The translations under genes and the position numbers were made by a program. A DNA stretch of 61,841 bases, the filler included, from Choristocarpus tenellus KU-1152 (Eukaryota > Protista > Phaeophyceae): NCBI GenBank assembly GCA_964200185.2. It is 6 parts of 6 records of this genome, joined end to end, with 100 filler letters (N's around TTAATTAATTAA, not from the genome) between each part and the next. Parts side by side here need not be neighbours in the genome. Positions count along the whole stretch, not along the records: positions 1 to 5,442 come from CAXNAD020010761.1; positions 5,543 to 16,676 come from CAXNAD020002489.1; 4 more parts are not named here. One strand, 5' to 3'. Shown piece by piece: positions 1-16,103 of the stretch (its first letter is position 1; each line of letters starts with the position of its first letter). Under the pieces are notes generated by a model that had not been told where the DNA came from, made no database searches, and was given only the letters and a program-made list of their open reading frames with translations.

Positions 1-1443
1 CGATTGGACAAGGATATATAATGTCACTCCTCATCCTATCATGAACGCAGCAGAAATTAAATGAATGTCATTTCCAGGTCCTAACATATCAGTAGGCAGC
101 GCTGGGGATCCAGCGGAGCGGAGGAGGAAACCTGGAGGAAAAACTCCCTCCCAAAGTTTGCCCTGACGACAGATATGTTAGCGCGAAACTCGCACCTCAC
201 GGCACTCACTCTGCATTTGACTCAACGTTCAAAATAAAAACTCCTACACCAGAGTCTCATTCACACGTCAAAAGTAGGGTACTGTCTAAAAAGACTCTAC
301 CCCTTCCAAGATAAACAAACACAAATAGAGATACAAAACCATAATAGCACTGAACTTGGGTATTGCCATGTACTCTCCCCCTTCAGAACTAAGACACAGA
401 AACGACAGGACACTAAGACCATGACTCAAAGTCACAATAGAGATTGGGTGCTGTCATGGAAAGGCTCACCCTTGCTAGGAACTATGAATATATACCGAAG
501 AATTCAAACAACTTACAATAAAAATATCAATAGAGAGCATTTCAGCAAGTCTCTCCCTCTCTCTTCACAACTATCAGCAAAAATATATACAGGCACAAAA
601 TTACAATAGCACTCAAATATGGTACTGCTTAGACTGTGCCCCTTCACAACTATAAACACAAAGTATAGGACACCAAGATGTCTCGCTGTCACAAACAAGA
701 ACAAGGTCCTGCCATATAAAGGCTTGCTCTACCCACGAACAAAGAACATANNNNNNNNNNATAGTAAGACTCTCCCTCCTCACAAATATCAACACAAATG
801 AATATGGATGCGAAATTACAATAGTACTGAAATAGGATGTTGTCGTAGACTCTTCCCCCTTCATATAATTACTAAAACAATAAGAGACGGGAATCATGTC
901 TCAAATACAAACAAAAATATCTAAAAACCTCATAAGATAGTAAATTTCCTAACAAGGCTACTCACACTGGTTGGAATGCAAAAAGGCAGACATTCTATTC
1001 GCCTGTAACATGTCCCCCAACGTGAACTAGGAATACACGCTTCACGCTTACCACAGGCGATTATCACAGGCCAGGACAATAAATATCCTCTATCACCTCG
1101 AATCGTGCTGCAGCAGCAAGCATTAATTGCCACATGGCGACATAGGGGCTCCACTTCCGACTCCGTTCCCACTCTGCCAGTTGTTTCCAAGATAGGGACT
1201 TCAGTTCCAACTAAACCCGTGGATTCCAACAATGGTCAATATATCTCCTGGTTTCTTTTGAGACTGTGGAAAGGGGTTGAGTTATTGATGCGTGGACGCG
1301 ATGCATAAACACGTTGATCCGTTACGACTGCTGCAAGAGTTCTCGCAAGTCTGGCCTTGGGCAGGAACATCTCCGAATCACTGATTTCCAGCGGAACCTG
1401 TGAAATAAAAGAACAGTGAGATACACGAAAAAAATATCAGGAA

Positions 1444-1607
1444 TGTGAGTGTACGAATGGCGAGGAAGAACTACCTAGGCAACGTCTATACCATGATGGT
1501 CAGAAGCCACTCATTTTATTACTATAGGCGGGTCATGTGGCAATCAGAGGCCACTCGTTTTACGGCCAGAGAAGGACGATTCCCTCAGAGCCACAGAAGC
1601 CCTCACA
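1444..1607. mobile_element. Possible LTR-like remnant
   Basis: Bounded by TGTGAG...CTCACA short inverted termini, with TTTATT (AATAAA on the minus strand) inside. No second copy or TSD confirmed. Confidence 0.25.
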
Positions 1608-2179
1608 CCCATGAAGACGACGAGCCCAAGGAGGGAATCCCGTAGACGAAGAATCAAGACCACAAACCCAGGTGGAACAAGAAAAGAATCCAGGCCGGCG
1701 TGGGAAGCTACAAAGAGTCCTAAGTGTTGAGGTGAAGACGGAGTAGTCTCTCCAGTTTGAAGAGAGGCGGTAGGACCTCCATGTTACAGGCGCCCCCTCA
1801 GAGCTCACCTCCACAGGATGTATAGCTCCAATCTACGGGCTTATAGATGATACTGATGTACGTATAGGACTCCTGATGCACAAGTCATCAAGTATGCTGG
1901 ATCTCTCACTTGGATTGTCATCAATATCATTGTATAAAAGGGAACTGATCAACGATGTCTTATCACAATCGGGGACCATAATAACCAAATAATAAATAAA
2001 TAATCAAGAAGTATAAATATATAAAATCTAGAACTTCAATGTCCTAATGGTGTTTATGAAACCGCCATCAAGACATATCGCCTGTCACAGTAGTCCTTTC
2101 CAGTGTCGATCGCATGGAGATGCTGCATATCTTCTCAGTTCCCGCACACTGTTGAATAGGTCTGGTCGTGTCATCCCGG

Positions 2180-2395
2180 CTAGGAACATAAGTTTCCCTG
2201 GTTGGGGTGGCAATCAACAGGGACGAGGCTGGCATCACACTAGACCAACATTTCTATGCAGAGAGCATTGTTCGCGAAGGAATGGAATCCACAAAAGTAC
2301 AGAGTACCTCATCACCTTTAAAGGCGATGGACCTGTCCGCTAGAAGAACTGACGAGGAGGAGCTAGACCAGAGGTACAAACCTTACCACACAGCA
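2180..2395 (+). mobile_element. Ty1/Copia reverse transcriptase fragment (degenerate)
   Basis: Translation LVGVAINRDEAGITLDQHFYAESIVREGMESTKVQSTSSPL...DQRYKPY resembles the Copia RT C-terminal pattern FLG+xIxRD-xI-L-Q-xY-xx-I...K..TP....Y. No intact pol around it. Confidence 0.65.
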
Positions 2396-3779
2396 GCAAT
2401 GTGGAGCACCTCATTACTGAAAGTTTTCCATATGAATAACCGGCCGATAAGATACATGGCCCTCAGGGGAATGAGCAGATTTGGTTTTGAGCCAAGGAGT
2501 GGACTGGCCGCAAAAATAGTAATGGTCCTGTGCTCAACACTACTGCTAATTAAGGTTTGCAAAACCTGACAACTAAACCTGGAGAGGTGTGAATTATTGC
2601 GGGAAGGTGTTGGTCCTTGTAAGCAGATGATCCCAAGTTCTCAAAGATGTTAGTCAAGGATTGAGTGATGATCTCTGTGTGTTGGCCAATCTATCGCGCT
2701 TGCCCTTAGTTTAATCGGTTGACACATTTCGCCAAATTGACAAATGAAGACATAAAAGGATGAATTTATCAACAATAGCAGAGGTCTAGATGTTGACGAC
2801 TGAATTACAGACTACCTGCTATGATGCAAGATTATTGAAGGGGCATGCATCCCTGGTTGTGCAAGTCCTGGAGTATGCATGCCTCTACAGTCCCCGTGCC
2901 TGTAAAATGCAGCAATACAAAATATGCGTTGTGTGTTTAACTTGGTGTTGAAAATTTCAACAGTTTCCTACTACAGTATACAACGTCCTGTTTGCATGCA
3001 GAACTTCCATTAGTTGACAAGCAAAAATATAATTTGATAAATTGTTGACCAGTTTGACACTGCCCTGTTTTACTGGGGACACCTATGGCAACAACCCACA
3101 AGTGTCAAATGATGTTTTAATATGCTGTTGCGCACTGCGTTTTTGATTGCATACTGTGTGTGAGTGGCCCTTTAAGGACATGATTTGAACTGCTTATGTT
3201 ACTACTGGTAGCATGAACAACCACCAAACCAAGCCCAAACACTTCGGGCAACTTTCTCAGTTGTTGTTTGTTGTGTGAAGTTCTATGTGGTAGATCTTCT
3301 CAAGTTATAATATGTTACTTGTGTGTATTTACTGCCCAATAGCATTCTGCGTTTGTTGTCAGGGAGGAAACGAAGAAATATTGCGAAAACATAATCACCA
3401 TTCTTCGTTCTAAGAAGCACTACGAAGTACAGAGTACAAAAATAGTAACATGTACTTAGAGTAAGAGCATTTTTGTTGCCGTTTTACTGGTTATACTAAT
3501 ATATCAAAGAATTAATCTACAATTGTTGTTTTGCTGGGTAGTTAGGTTTTCGTTACTTATTGAAATTGAAAAGTTAACTACGAACGGGCAGGGTTGTCAC
3601 TGTAGAGTTGGTTCTATTACGTAGAACAATAATACGAATAAGACAACACACCAGCACTACTACTAACGCTAGATCAATGTTATGACAATATTTGTTACAG
3701 CTCGCTCCAGAACTCAACTCCACAGGATGTGAAACTCAAATCCAACGACCTTAAAACGACGCTATGAGGGCGTTGCCTT

Positions 3780-3959
3780 GACCCAAAGTATCTGGGGGGG
3801 GGAAGGGGGTCTACACCAGGGTGTCCAATTGAACCAAAACCAGGAAAGGTATACTTAGATTTATTCATCAGACGCATGCAACCAAATCACTCAAAAATCG
3901 ATACATAAAAAGATTGACCCCAAAAGGACAGCCGCCACCACCCCCAGATACTTTGAGCC
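3780..3959 (+). mobile_element. MITE family B, full copy
   Basis: TIRs GACCCAAAGTATCTGGGGG / CCCCCAGATACTTTGAGCC, flanked by a 3-bp TSD CTT. Homologous to 50435-50619 and 61762-61841. Confidence 0.85.
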
Positions 3960-5442
3960 CTTTGACAGCAGTTTCTTGAGTGTCAGACAGCCTTCTCTCA
4001 ATACTCCACTCGGTGTGTAGCTCAAAGCTCGACTCAATGTTTCGTTCAAGATAAAAGACTGTTAAAGAGGGGTGATGGATTGTGATCAAAAGCCCTTCTT
4101 ATGATTTTCATCATCCACCCATTTTATTTGGACTTCTTTGGTAAAGACATCTGAAAACTGCTGTATACATACTTCAATCATAAACCTTTACTCTGCAACT
4201 TCTAGGAACTTTGACGTTTCTTATGTAAGGTTACGTATGGATTACGAATCTTACTCTGCATCTTCTAAGGAATCATCATTTATTCTGTAAGGCTGGCTAC
4301 CTATGTGCTACTAATCTCGTATACTGCTCGCTCTTCTTAGAACACGAGAAGAAATGCTCGCGCTATTCGCCTGTAACATATATTATTCAAAACTCCATAA
4401 TACATTTAATTATGATATTTCTGTCAGGAGGAAGGTTTGCGGTGGTGACAGAACACTAGTAAATACTTTAAATTATACATACCCATTGTACCAGCAAGAA
4501 ATAAGAAAGGGCTTTTTATGTAGCTGGACTTCTTGTTCCTCCTCACGCTTACAACACGACAACAATCTCCTCCTGGAACAATTTTTTTTACATAGAGATG
4601 GATACTGCAATTATTTGGAGTCCTTTACAAACCGAGAGAAGTATATACCAATGTATATATATACATGCGCACACAAAGAAAGTTGCAGAAGAAATATATA
4701 TATATATCTATAATATATATATGTATGTACATTGAAGTTCGAAGTACCAGTGGTTATGTTAACAGAGAGGGCACTACTTTGGCTCACCTGTTGCATTATC
4801 CGATTGTTGTACTCTATATGGTACATACATGAGTAGATTATTTGCAACTTCCTCCGACCATCGGTTTGAGAATGTGAAAAGTAAGGTGTGAAATGGTAAG
4901 TTCTAAACTGAAGTAATTCTGGAACAGGAAAAAAACTGTTCATGGCCATAATTAATCAGATAACAATGAGACAACTAGGCAGATCCTAGAGTTGAAGATA
5001 TCTTCTATTGTACCATTGTTGCTTAATCAATATTATTGTTTGATAACTGTTGTGATATCTTTTTCAGCATCCTACCAGCAACCTCGGAGCATCTGAAAAT
5101 CAGTTGAATGTGAAGTTCATACCACCTTGTTTGTATGTATCATGCAATTAATTGTCATTGCTCCCTCCAAAGAAAAAATAGTTTGAAATAAAAAAATTGA
5201 ATGAAAAATAATTAAATGAAAAAGCAGCATTGAACACAAAGTCATGGTGGTGGTGTTGGTTGCTTGGGCGATCTTATAGCTGCTGCTTCAGCATGGCGTA
5301 CATCAATAATCACAGCTTCCTTGGATTGTCGCTTTGTGATGATGTTTGTTGTGCCGAAAGCTGCACTGTTGCAGGCGCCCCTCAATGCTCACCTTCCAGG
5401 ATGTACAACTCAAATCCAACGACCTCAAAACGATACTATGGG

Positions 5443-5542
5443 NNNNNNNNNNNNNNNNNNNNNNNNNNNNNNNNNNNNNNNNNNNNTTAATTAATTAANN
5501 NNNNNNNNNNNNNNNNNNNNNNNNNNNNNNNNNNNNNNNNNN
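5443..5542. other. Artificial contig linker N44-TTAATTAATTAA-N44
   Basis: Identical 100-bp linker with six-frame stops; also at 16677-16776, 20164-20263, 24805-24904 and 33759-33858. Confidence 0.97.
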
Positions 5543-6199
5543 CCCAGATACTCTGAGCCTCATCTTTGGGGGTTTCACACCTAACCTCCACACTTGAGGT
5601 TTAAGGTGATGATAAGAACTCGTCAAAAGTTGTCAAAACAGCATACACATACACTTCAAATGGCAACTTCCTCATGGGTGTCATTATCGTGCAACCTCGA
5701 ACTTCAGCCCAGAGCACCCAGAGCGTTGACAGGATTTGTTGAAGCTGTAACTGAATTACTCCCTGTATTCACGATGCATTGAAACGACTCTTTACTAGTT
5801 TGTGATTTTTTACGTCCAGGACGATCAACATTTTTTGGCAAAGCACTGTGATCTTTGCAGTATGATATCGAGCAAACTAGGAAAACAAGTCCCTCATTGG
5901 ACCGTCGATGTCATTACTTTTAGTCTGATCATGATCATGATTATCATCACCATTTAAATTCATGGTGCATGTAAGGGTTTTTGTGGAAATCAATAACAAG
6001 CCATTTTTGGGGGGGAGGGGNNNNNNNNNNGGGCGCGGTGGAGGGGATGTGGGTGGCCGGACTGCCAACCAACTAATCTAGGAAATTCGCAATTTCCACT
6101 ACCTAAGAAGATGCAGGTTCGCAGGATGGTACAGCACTACGATGTCCAGTGCCAATAGTGTGATAAAATTCAACATCTATAACTGTCAACGGTATCTTG

Positions 6200-6760
6200 C
6201 CTAATCATTCTGTACCACCAGCCATCCCGTAACCCTGTTTAAAAGGCTGATGGGATTGTGAAGATGTTCCAAGGATGTGGTGGACAAGATGCAAGAGCAA
6301 GGAGCAAATCAAGACACTTATTTCTTGTATCTCATACTTGAGCCTGTGTCCCCCCATCCAATACCCCCGGGACCTCTCATTGCCCAGACCAGGATTCCAA
6401 GCACTCATGCCGATTCTCAGGAAGCAATCGACGTTGTGCTTCTTGGATCTCAGTAATAACCAAGTAAGTAATCGTGATGGTATTTGATCACAAATCTGCC
6501 TCCGCATCACTTCAGCTAGAGGTAGATAGGCACTTGGAGGGCTTTTTTGATGTGGAAAGTCTTGGTCTTGGGACTGGGGGCATATTGTTACCACAATCAA
6601 CTTGTGAGAATGGGGTCAATGTCGACTTGGCAGGTGTCTGTACGCAGCCTTTCCCACAGACTCCAGAACACAAGAGCCATCTCAAAGAAGACCCTACAAA
6701 GAAAATCGCAGTCTTCAGATGGAAATGTCTGGGCCAACATTTTTCTCCCCTATTTGCTTC
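6200..6760 (+). mobile_element. Possible degenerate CRE-like non-LTR retrotransposon fragment
   Basis: Broken frames give HSCRFSGSNRRCASWISVIT and VRSLSHRLQNTRAI, loosely like the region between RT and RLE of CRE-type elements. Weak. Confidence 0.2.
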
Positions 6761-9700
6761 AAGCCAATTCCACCAATGCTCAAGCCTTGCCTCAACATGA
6801 CAGCCCCTAAGCCTCCCACTTCTCAATGCCTGCCTGCCCTGTTAGGCAATGAAAGGTAGATGGGAGGAAGCTACACTAACATTCCCCTGAATGCTGCAAG
6901 AACTGCAAGGATTATTCCAAAGCAGTAGCTCTCTGTCCTAATCATGATGTTTGATTGTGCTGTGTTGAATCCCACATCGTTGACTCTTCTTCTTGCGCCA
7001 TTGAACTTTGTACCAAGAAAGAGTTCTCCTCAATCCCTTGGTCCTGATCCCTCCAGATTGATGAGCGGACCCTTCCAGACGTGGGTGAGCTCCTCCTTCA
7101 AAACCCCGGACTGGTAGAGGTGCGCCTTGGGAATAACCGCATCAGCTGCAGCGACTTTGAGCCTTTCGGACTCTACCTCATGAAGTTGCTGAGCATTAAC
7201 AACAATGTCAAGGTACGTTTGCTTGAACTTGGTTGAAGTCCAGGCTGTCAGAACGTTGGGATTAATCCTCAGGCTCAGGACAAATAACAGGAAATTCACT
7301 ACTACTCTGTATGACATAGTGTAACAACAATAGTCATATAGGTCAACCCATCGCCACTATCTCATGTTGCCATCATGACTTTGAATATGAAATGGATGAG
7401 TAGGGAGGTGAGTGCTTGCACCCTCCCTGGTCGTACCCATGTGATGCTCACGAATCACATTGCAGTAGTACTGTGTAAATGTTGCAGTGCCCTCACTCTT
7501 TGATTTCCCCTCAGACATGACATGTGATGCCTAATTCCGCAGCAAGAGATATCCCTTTGGAAAAGGGGGAATCGTTTTTTGCGGGCGTTTTCTGCTCAAT
7601 CCACCTCCTGCGGAGAGAAGTTGTAAGTTTTCAGCAGTGGACTCTGCAATGGATGCTTCCCTTTGTGCTTCTGTACTTTCCTTCTTCTCTATCCAAGCTA
7701 CTTCCCGGCCCGTTGGTTGTCCACCTCACGGTCATGCCCAAGACCAACACATGCTTTTCCTCAGTCCCCTTCGCTGCCTAACCCAGTTCTCCTTCCCCTC
7801 TAGCAGCAATAGCTGCTGGCTTAAGGGTGCACCAACCACTATGAGGAAATATCCAATTCTCTAGATGAAAACATTATTCTAGTTGATTCAACCCTGTTCT
7901 TGAGAGGACATCCGTTATGTCCATCATACCCTTGCGTTTTTACATACAATACTGTGATGACCACACCCTAGTAGTCGTGAGTGAGTCTTTGTGATGCACA
8001 TATACTCTTTCTCAGGAAAATTCGTTTTGGGGTTGCACACACGTTATAGCTACTTCTGTCAATATTTGTCCTATTAGGATATATTACTTATGGTAAAACT
8101 TCACAAAGAAATGTTGTACAAAAGAATGAAGAGAACCGAGAACGACGCTCGACTGTTTAAGAATCCATCTTCAAGACAGATTGAAGCGAGAGCATGCCAC
8201 CACCCGATGAGTGCATGCCCGAGGGACCAACCCTTGCTATGTGGTGCACGGAACACATGTGGCAGAGCTATGCAGGGTTGATGCCTTGAGCCGGTTGTTG
8301 CGTGTACTACACACCTGCCTGTGACTTGATGTATTTGGGTGCCCAAGCAGTGTGTGGCCATTTTCTCATTAAGAAGTACAAGTTCTTGGAACTAGCATGG
8401 TCGCATGAAGTACCTTGGACCCTTCCCTGGTAACAATATTGCGTTGCTGTCCTAGGTGTTTGATGTCTCCGACAACGACGTGAGCAAGCGGATGTCAACG
8501 ATCATTTTGGAGAAGATGGCCGCCAACCGTGCTGTGCGAAGAGAAATGACTTTCATGAAGTGTCTGCAGCTGAAGTACCCACGAGTACCTCCTGAGCCTT
8601 TGGTGGCAGACCCCAGGTTCGTTGGAGAGAGTGAAGAGGCATAGCTGATTTGCTTAGCGTTTGCATAGATACTGTGCGGAGTCTGCCTTTAACGATGGAT
8701 CTTTACCTCCCCATCATAATCTGCATTAGTGCTCCAGTCAAGTGTTGGTTAAGTGGGCTAGAGAAGGGTCTAGCCAGGCAGGGCCCTGTTGCGGATAGAG
8801 TGAAAATAAATAAGGAAAGCCTTCCAGGTACGTCACGTGCGATATAAGAACTCAATTGCTGCAGTACTGCAAGCTCTGCCAAGAAGTACTAGTCTCCTGA
8901 TCATTCCCAACTCCCAAAATGTCTCGTTATTTCCTTCAGAGACATTAATACACTCCATCGCATTGACAGCTTTTTCATGAAGAAAGAGGGGATCCCATTC
9001 ACAGAGTTGAAGGTAAGATCCCTCTTCACCACGCTATACCTGTGTTTTCTCCCAGATCATACAGGAAAACGCGAAGTGGATGTAGGAAAACGAAGTTAAT
9101 TTTGGAAGCATGGCTTTGGGGACGATGCTAAGGACATGAATCCAGACTAAAACATAAGTCATGACTCTCAATTTATCTGACTTCCCCCCTTCCCCCCTCC
9201 AACATATATTTTGGGTGCACACCTTTTTGTATTAATGATGTTGTGGTCACACCACGACTACAGAGCACGGTAGTTGTTGTATAAGAAAAAGCACTGTAAC
9301 TCTCTTTGGCCTTCCACTCATGGCTAGATTCGCCACATACATGCTGGGATTTTCCAAGTCTCTGCTTCATCTACTGTATTCAGCTGCAAAAGGAACATAA
9401 TTATGGCAATCGAAATGTCCATGGGATGTAGAGGTCAGGTTTGAATACAAGACAGAGGGGCCAGTTGCCCTTGCATCCAAAAATCCACCCTTCATTGGGA
9501 AGGTCTGCTCACAGTGCCATTAGGGTGTGGTGAACCGTCCCCTTACCCCTCCCCGATTTCCCCATACTTTGCCCACGTATATTGGAGAACCCATGGTATC
9601 TTACGACTCAGCGATCAATAATGACACATGCAAGAGGAACTTTATGAATTGTCCATTTCCCTCAATGCCCACAGATGACAACAGAGTATCCACCGATTCA

Positions 9701-12008
9701 AACTCTTCATGGAACGAAACCTGGAGATCCTGTGGACAAATACTACTTTAAATCAATCATCTAGCTAGGCCCCTGGTGCTTCACTCTTGTCCTCAGGTTG
9801 CCCAACTTACACTAAAGTTATGCCTCCAAAACGAAGTTCTTTAGGTCAGAGTATCGAGAGGGAGAAGTTGTTGAAGGAAAATACAATATTGGGAGGCAGG
9901 CACAACAGGCAGGGTAGGGGGTGAGGGATGGGGAGCACCCACGAGGCATGTTGGCAATGGTAGTACAATATAATATGTAGTAGCAATCAAGAGTGTGGAG
10001 AGCTTACCATTGATTGGTGCTTTCTCATCGGCAAAATCCAATGCAGCGCAGGAGGAATTTGTGATGGTGAAAGCAAAGCCTGGTACAAATTGCTTATACA
10101 TCAAGTACTTGTATAGAGTGGAGCAACCAAAATGAAATGGGGTTCAAAGATTCAAGATCGAGAAAAAGGTAGGAAGCATTAGCAGGTAGAATATCCACAT
10201 GGCGAATTGTTTTTAAAACCATTATATTAAAAATGAATAAATCAACCACAATCAATCAAGGCAAGAAATATTAAGATTGTCTGGTGCCAGGAGCGACAGA
10301 GCCTTGCCCCTACCCTCCGCAGGTACAACTCGTGAAAGAAATAGTCTTATTACTAACAATGACCGGAATGTGCTGGAGGTAACACGAAGAGGATCCACAC
10401 CTACCTTGACGTCCTATTTAAAAAAGCGTTTTCATTGGTGGGATATCATCACCTATAGACCCCCCCACTTTCCCATCCGACCTTAAGGTACAGGGGTTCT
10501 CTTATCATCCGTAAAAGTACCCCTCGCTCACAGTGGTCTGGGCATGCTGCCGTGTGCCACTATGAAACTGCATGTTGGCGATTTTACTTCACAGATGTTT
10601 GGCATGATGGTCACATTGATAGATCTATACATACTCATCTCTCCTCCCAACAGGTTGGCAAAAGTCCTGCTGATGTTTTGGAGTCCAAATCATTTCCAGT
10701 TCCTTCAACCCCACCATTGTCCATTGCCCTCACAAAATAGTCCAATAATTAATTGTTTCTTGAGTGACCATCTTGCCAGTGAAGTGGGCATCAAGAGGCA
10801 CATTGTCTTGTTTTGGCTGTGAAGCAATTGTCAAGATGCAAATAGATGCACTATTATCTGTTCTTCAACACCTGCAAGTGCAATGTCTCACAGGCAGTTC
10901 AGTTGCATGATGACCACTATCGCCAGCTGCACAGAATGAACAGAAACAAGTGGATCCAAATATACGTAACACAAATGATGTCCACTTATCAGATGTTAAA
11001 GAATGTGTAGGATCCCAAGACTTGATATTGAAATATGTTAAATTAGTTCTTTCTCATTTATGTTGTAGTAGGCAGAAAGTTGGCACTAGAAACACCATGC
11101 AAGCAGGGGGGGGTGGTAGACCTTTCACTTATCCCTAATAACTCATCACTCAAAATGTGCTATTTGCTGTATCCCTTTTTCTAGATTTCTTCTTATATAC
11201 TACAATAACCTGGAAATTGTTCTCTTGGTCACTCAACAGAAAGATTACTACCAACTATCCAGTTCTCTAATTATCCAACAACTGATAGTTTCCTGAGTAT
11301 TTTCCCAGATGAATATAAAGCGCAATCTTGACATGTGGTCGCCTCACCATGAAATTGATTGCCACAATCCAAACTGTTGTCTCGCTATATTTTCACATAC
11401 ACAACTGCAATGTTTCTAGAACTGGATCCGAATACACCTTTTGTGTGAACGGCAACATCTTTTGGCAATGCTGTCATCCTTAGAGTCTTTTGCACGAAAA
11501 GATCTCTGTCATCAAAGAATATCTTACACGATTTTTAGATGCGATGAATGCATCAATTGGGACAATACGTTGGCAGTGGATATCCTGTGCGGTATCGTGC
11601 CAATAAATACTGTACTCTATGTTGGGTTCAGTACCCTTCATAGGACCCCTGCAAAACTTGCTATTTTGAAAGCTCAATTACAAGAACTACAAAAGTCATC
11701 TTAATGCTAACATACCCTCTAGAGAGTCTTGCCAAATGAAACTCCTGCATGTAACTAGACAGGGATACCGGATGACCTATTATGATGTAGAGATACCATT
11801 GCTCCCCCGGGAAACTAATCTTCTGGGGGGCTAGGATTAGTACCTCTATGGAATAGTATCTCAACATCTTGTCACCACCTCAAATCCCTGTCCAACTGGG
11901 ACTGGGAGAGGTCTCCAGGCCTTGAGGAGGCTGGGGTCAAGCCCTCTCACATGCATAGTGAAGAGGGTAAAAAACATACTGAAATAAAGTAACACCCTGG
12001 TCCACACA

Positions 12009-12253
12009 GAGCCAAAGTATTTTAGATGGTAGAGCCACATTCATTTGGGTCAAAATCCAACGTTGTGATTTTGATGTGATTTTTGCTATCGTATGTGTCA
12101 GGAGATGTCAATAACCTTGTTTTGGACACGCCTTTTCATAATATACAAATCTTACCAACTCCGAAACAAATGTTGTAAAAAAAAGTCCGTGGGAAGCCAA
12201 GCCTCAAAGGGACAAACAGGGCAAAACTCGTACCCTCTAAGATACTTTCACTC
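12009..12253 (+). mobile_element. MITE family A, full copy
   Basis: About 23-bp TIRs GAGCCAAAGTATTTTAGATGGTA / TACCCTCTAAGATACTTTCACTC and TSD ACA. At least 5 other copies in the window. Confidence 0.9.
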
Positions 12254-12301
12254 ACACCCCAATTCCAGGAGTGTGGTTGTGCCACCTCCTCAAATCAGCT
12301 G

Positions 12302-14132
<1,831 letters not shown>

Positions 14133-15261
14133 CTGCTTACATGCAAACAATGGTTTAGTCAAATGCAAGAGTGTTGAGGGAAAGCTAGGACACAGGATGC
14201 AATACTATGACAATTTACCCTACATTAACAAAAATTATCAACCATATACTTCATTGGCACCAACAAGCAATGCACTTTGAAGCACCTCTATACATTGTCA
14301 CTGTACACTAGAGAATAACCAGTTGGGGGGTTGGGGCGTGAGTGGCTTAGGTAAACCAGCAAAGTAGTAGGATGGCCCACATATGATCAAGAGTGACAAG
14401 AGAGAGGGGGGGGGGGTAAAGGGCATAGTCCACATAGTGGCAGTGCAAGGACGGAGCTGTCCATAGTTTGCGCAGTCTCATACACTGACCAAGTAAGTTT
14501 GTGATGTATGATTTTACTTCAACTAATACTATGTCGAGAATGTTTCAGTATCAGCACAAAATCAGAGCCATCAAGTTCTATGAAAGTTGAATAGCTTGTA
14601 CAACATTACTGAGTTAAAATGAAGTATTTTCAATCTCTAAACACAAAAATATTGATGAGCAGCATCAATCGAACTATACATGCGATCCAAATGTGAAAAA
14701 AGGACCATCTATTAGCATTTACATTGCACTACTCTCTGCTCACATGTAATTTGCACATTAACCACCTCCCACGTGCAGGCATTGCTTCCCAACATGCAAC
14801 CCCTTCCCCTTTTAAAGCTCTATGCTGTGTATGTGCAGGAGAAAGTTCCTAGTAAACTGAATCCCTTGCTCCCCCCAAAAGCCCTTGTTTACTTCATTTG
14901 GCACTGATACAGTAGTTCTTTTTATCCTCATTGTTTCCTGCACAAGTCTGGGAATGATCCCGACCCCGTGGTCAGAGGCACTACACACTACACCACTTTT
15001 CATACTCAACTACTGACTAACTGCTGCACTGTAACTAATTGTACTGCCCTGCCTCTTGCCCATTGGGTTCACCACTCCCACTGCTGGTCACTCTATCCCC
15101 TCCCTCGAATCTTCTGCTGGACCCAACTTGAAGTATTCCACCTTGACCTTAGTACGGCAATTGTGTGGTTTAGCCATACACAGGATGGTACGACACTACA
15201 GGCGTACAACCTGCTGTACTTGCCATGTGGAACAGGACTACTGAAACTAGAATTCCGTGAA

Positions 15262-15338
15262 AAGAAGTCTAAGGTTGAAGGGATTCAAACCCATGAAGTT
15301 CATACAGGTAACTGCCACTCTAACCACCGAGCCATGGG
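15262..15338 (-). mobile_element. tRNA-derived SINE-like head (Pol III A/B boxes)
   Basis: Minus strand has A box TGGCTCGGTGG (15324-15334) and B box GGTTTGAATCCC (15280-15291) at tRNA-like spacing. No clean cloverleaf, so not called a tRNA. Confidence 0.45.
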
Positions 15339-15489
15339 TTAGGGATGCTCCTAGTAGGCAGGCACAGACATAACGCCGGTTCCTGCACCCCCCCACAACA
15401 CATAAATAGAACACACAAACAGAGAGACAGACACACACACAAGCTGTTACCTACACCACAATATCTAAAACAAAACTTCCCCTAAATGT

Positions 15490-16103
15490 ACCTCTAGCAC
15501 GGTGAGGCTTATGTCACCCACACTCAGATCAGTCAACATGTTCAGAAGGCCTGTGACTGCTTCCACAAATGCAGTCAAGTGTTTTAGGAAAGAACCTCAG
15601 CCGTATGTATCACTTAGATTTAAGATCCACATGCTTCAAGGCTTAAGTATCTTTGAGATCCTGCTACACGGTTGCAACACATTGACACTCTGCCAGGTCC
15701 TCCACGTGAAGCTTTGCTCCCACCACAACAAATTCTCCTATGTATTGCACCAGATATCAGAAATGGGAACACATAAATCACACATTGTCCTGCAAGTATG
15801 CCCATGTGAAGACTGTGTGCAAAAGACCCCCCTGTTCTCAAGGTCAGTTGCTTGCATAGGGGATGAGTGTCCCCCAAAGTTATCGATATTTGGGGAACTT
15901 GCAGATGCAAAGCGGAAGCAAGGTGGACAGGAGAAGAGTTGTGCATGTGCCTTCAAGAGGACCTCGAGAAATTCGAGATTGTGGTCAAGGGATGGACTAC
16001 AAGGGCAACAAAGCCAACATAGGTGGTACAACTGCGTGGTTGCCTTAACACCAACGCCATGGACGACTAGGATGCCACAGAAGCTGTGATACCTGACATA
16101 CAT
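15490..16103 (-). mobile_element. Degenerate Cys-rich coding relic, possibly a CxC5/KDZ-type transposase
   Basis: One frame with three in-frame stops: GILVVHGVGVKATTQLYHLCWLC...RTWQSVNVLQPCSRI...LTAFVEAVTGLL. A second diverged piece at ~5730-5765 (+) reads LTGFVEAVTELL. The family assignment is by eye only. Confidence 0.3.

Noticed and set aside
60-1420. LTR end (...CCTAACA) followed by PBS-like GGCAGCGCTGGGGATCC and an A-rich leader
   Set aside because: No paired LTR or recognisable gag; too weak to call.
7030-11700. Several coding-like stretches (7030-7317, 8090-8644, 9527-9751, 10470-10830, 11441-11704)
   Set aside because: Interrupted by stops and frameshifts with no motif I can assign; probably decayed TEs.
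15262-15338. Functional tRNA gene
   Set aside because: A and B boxes are present but acceptor and anticodon stems do not pair convincingly; treated as SINE-like.
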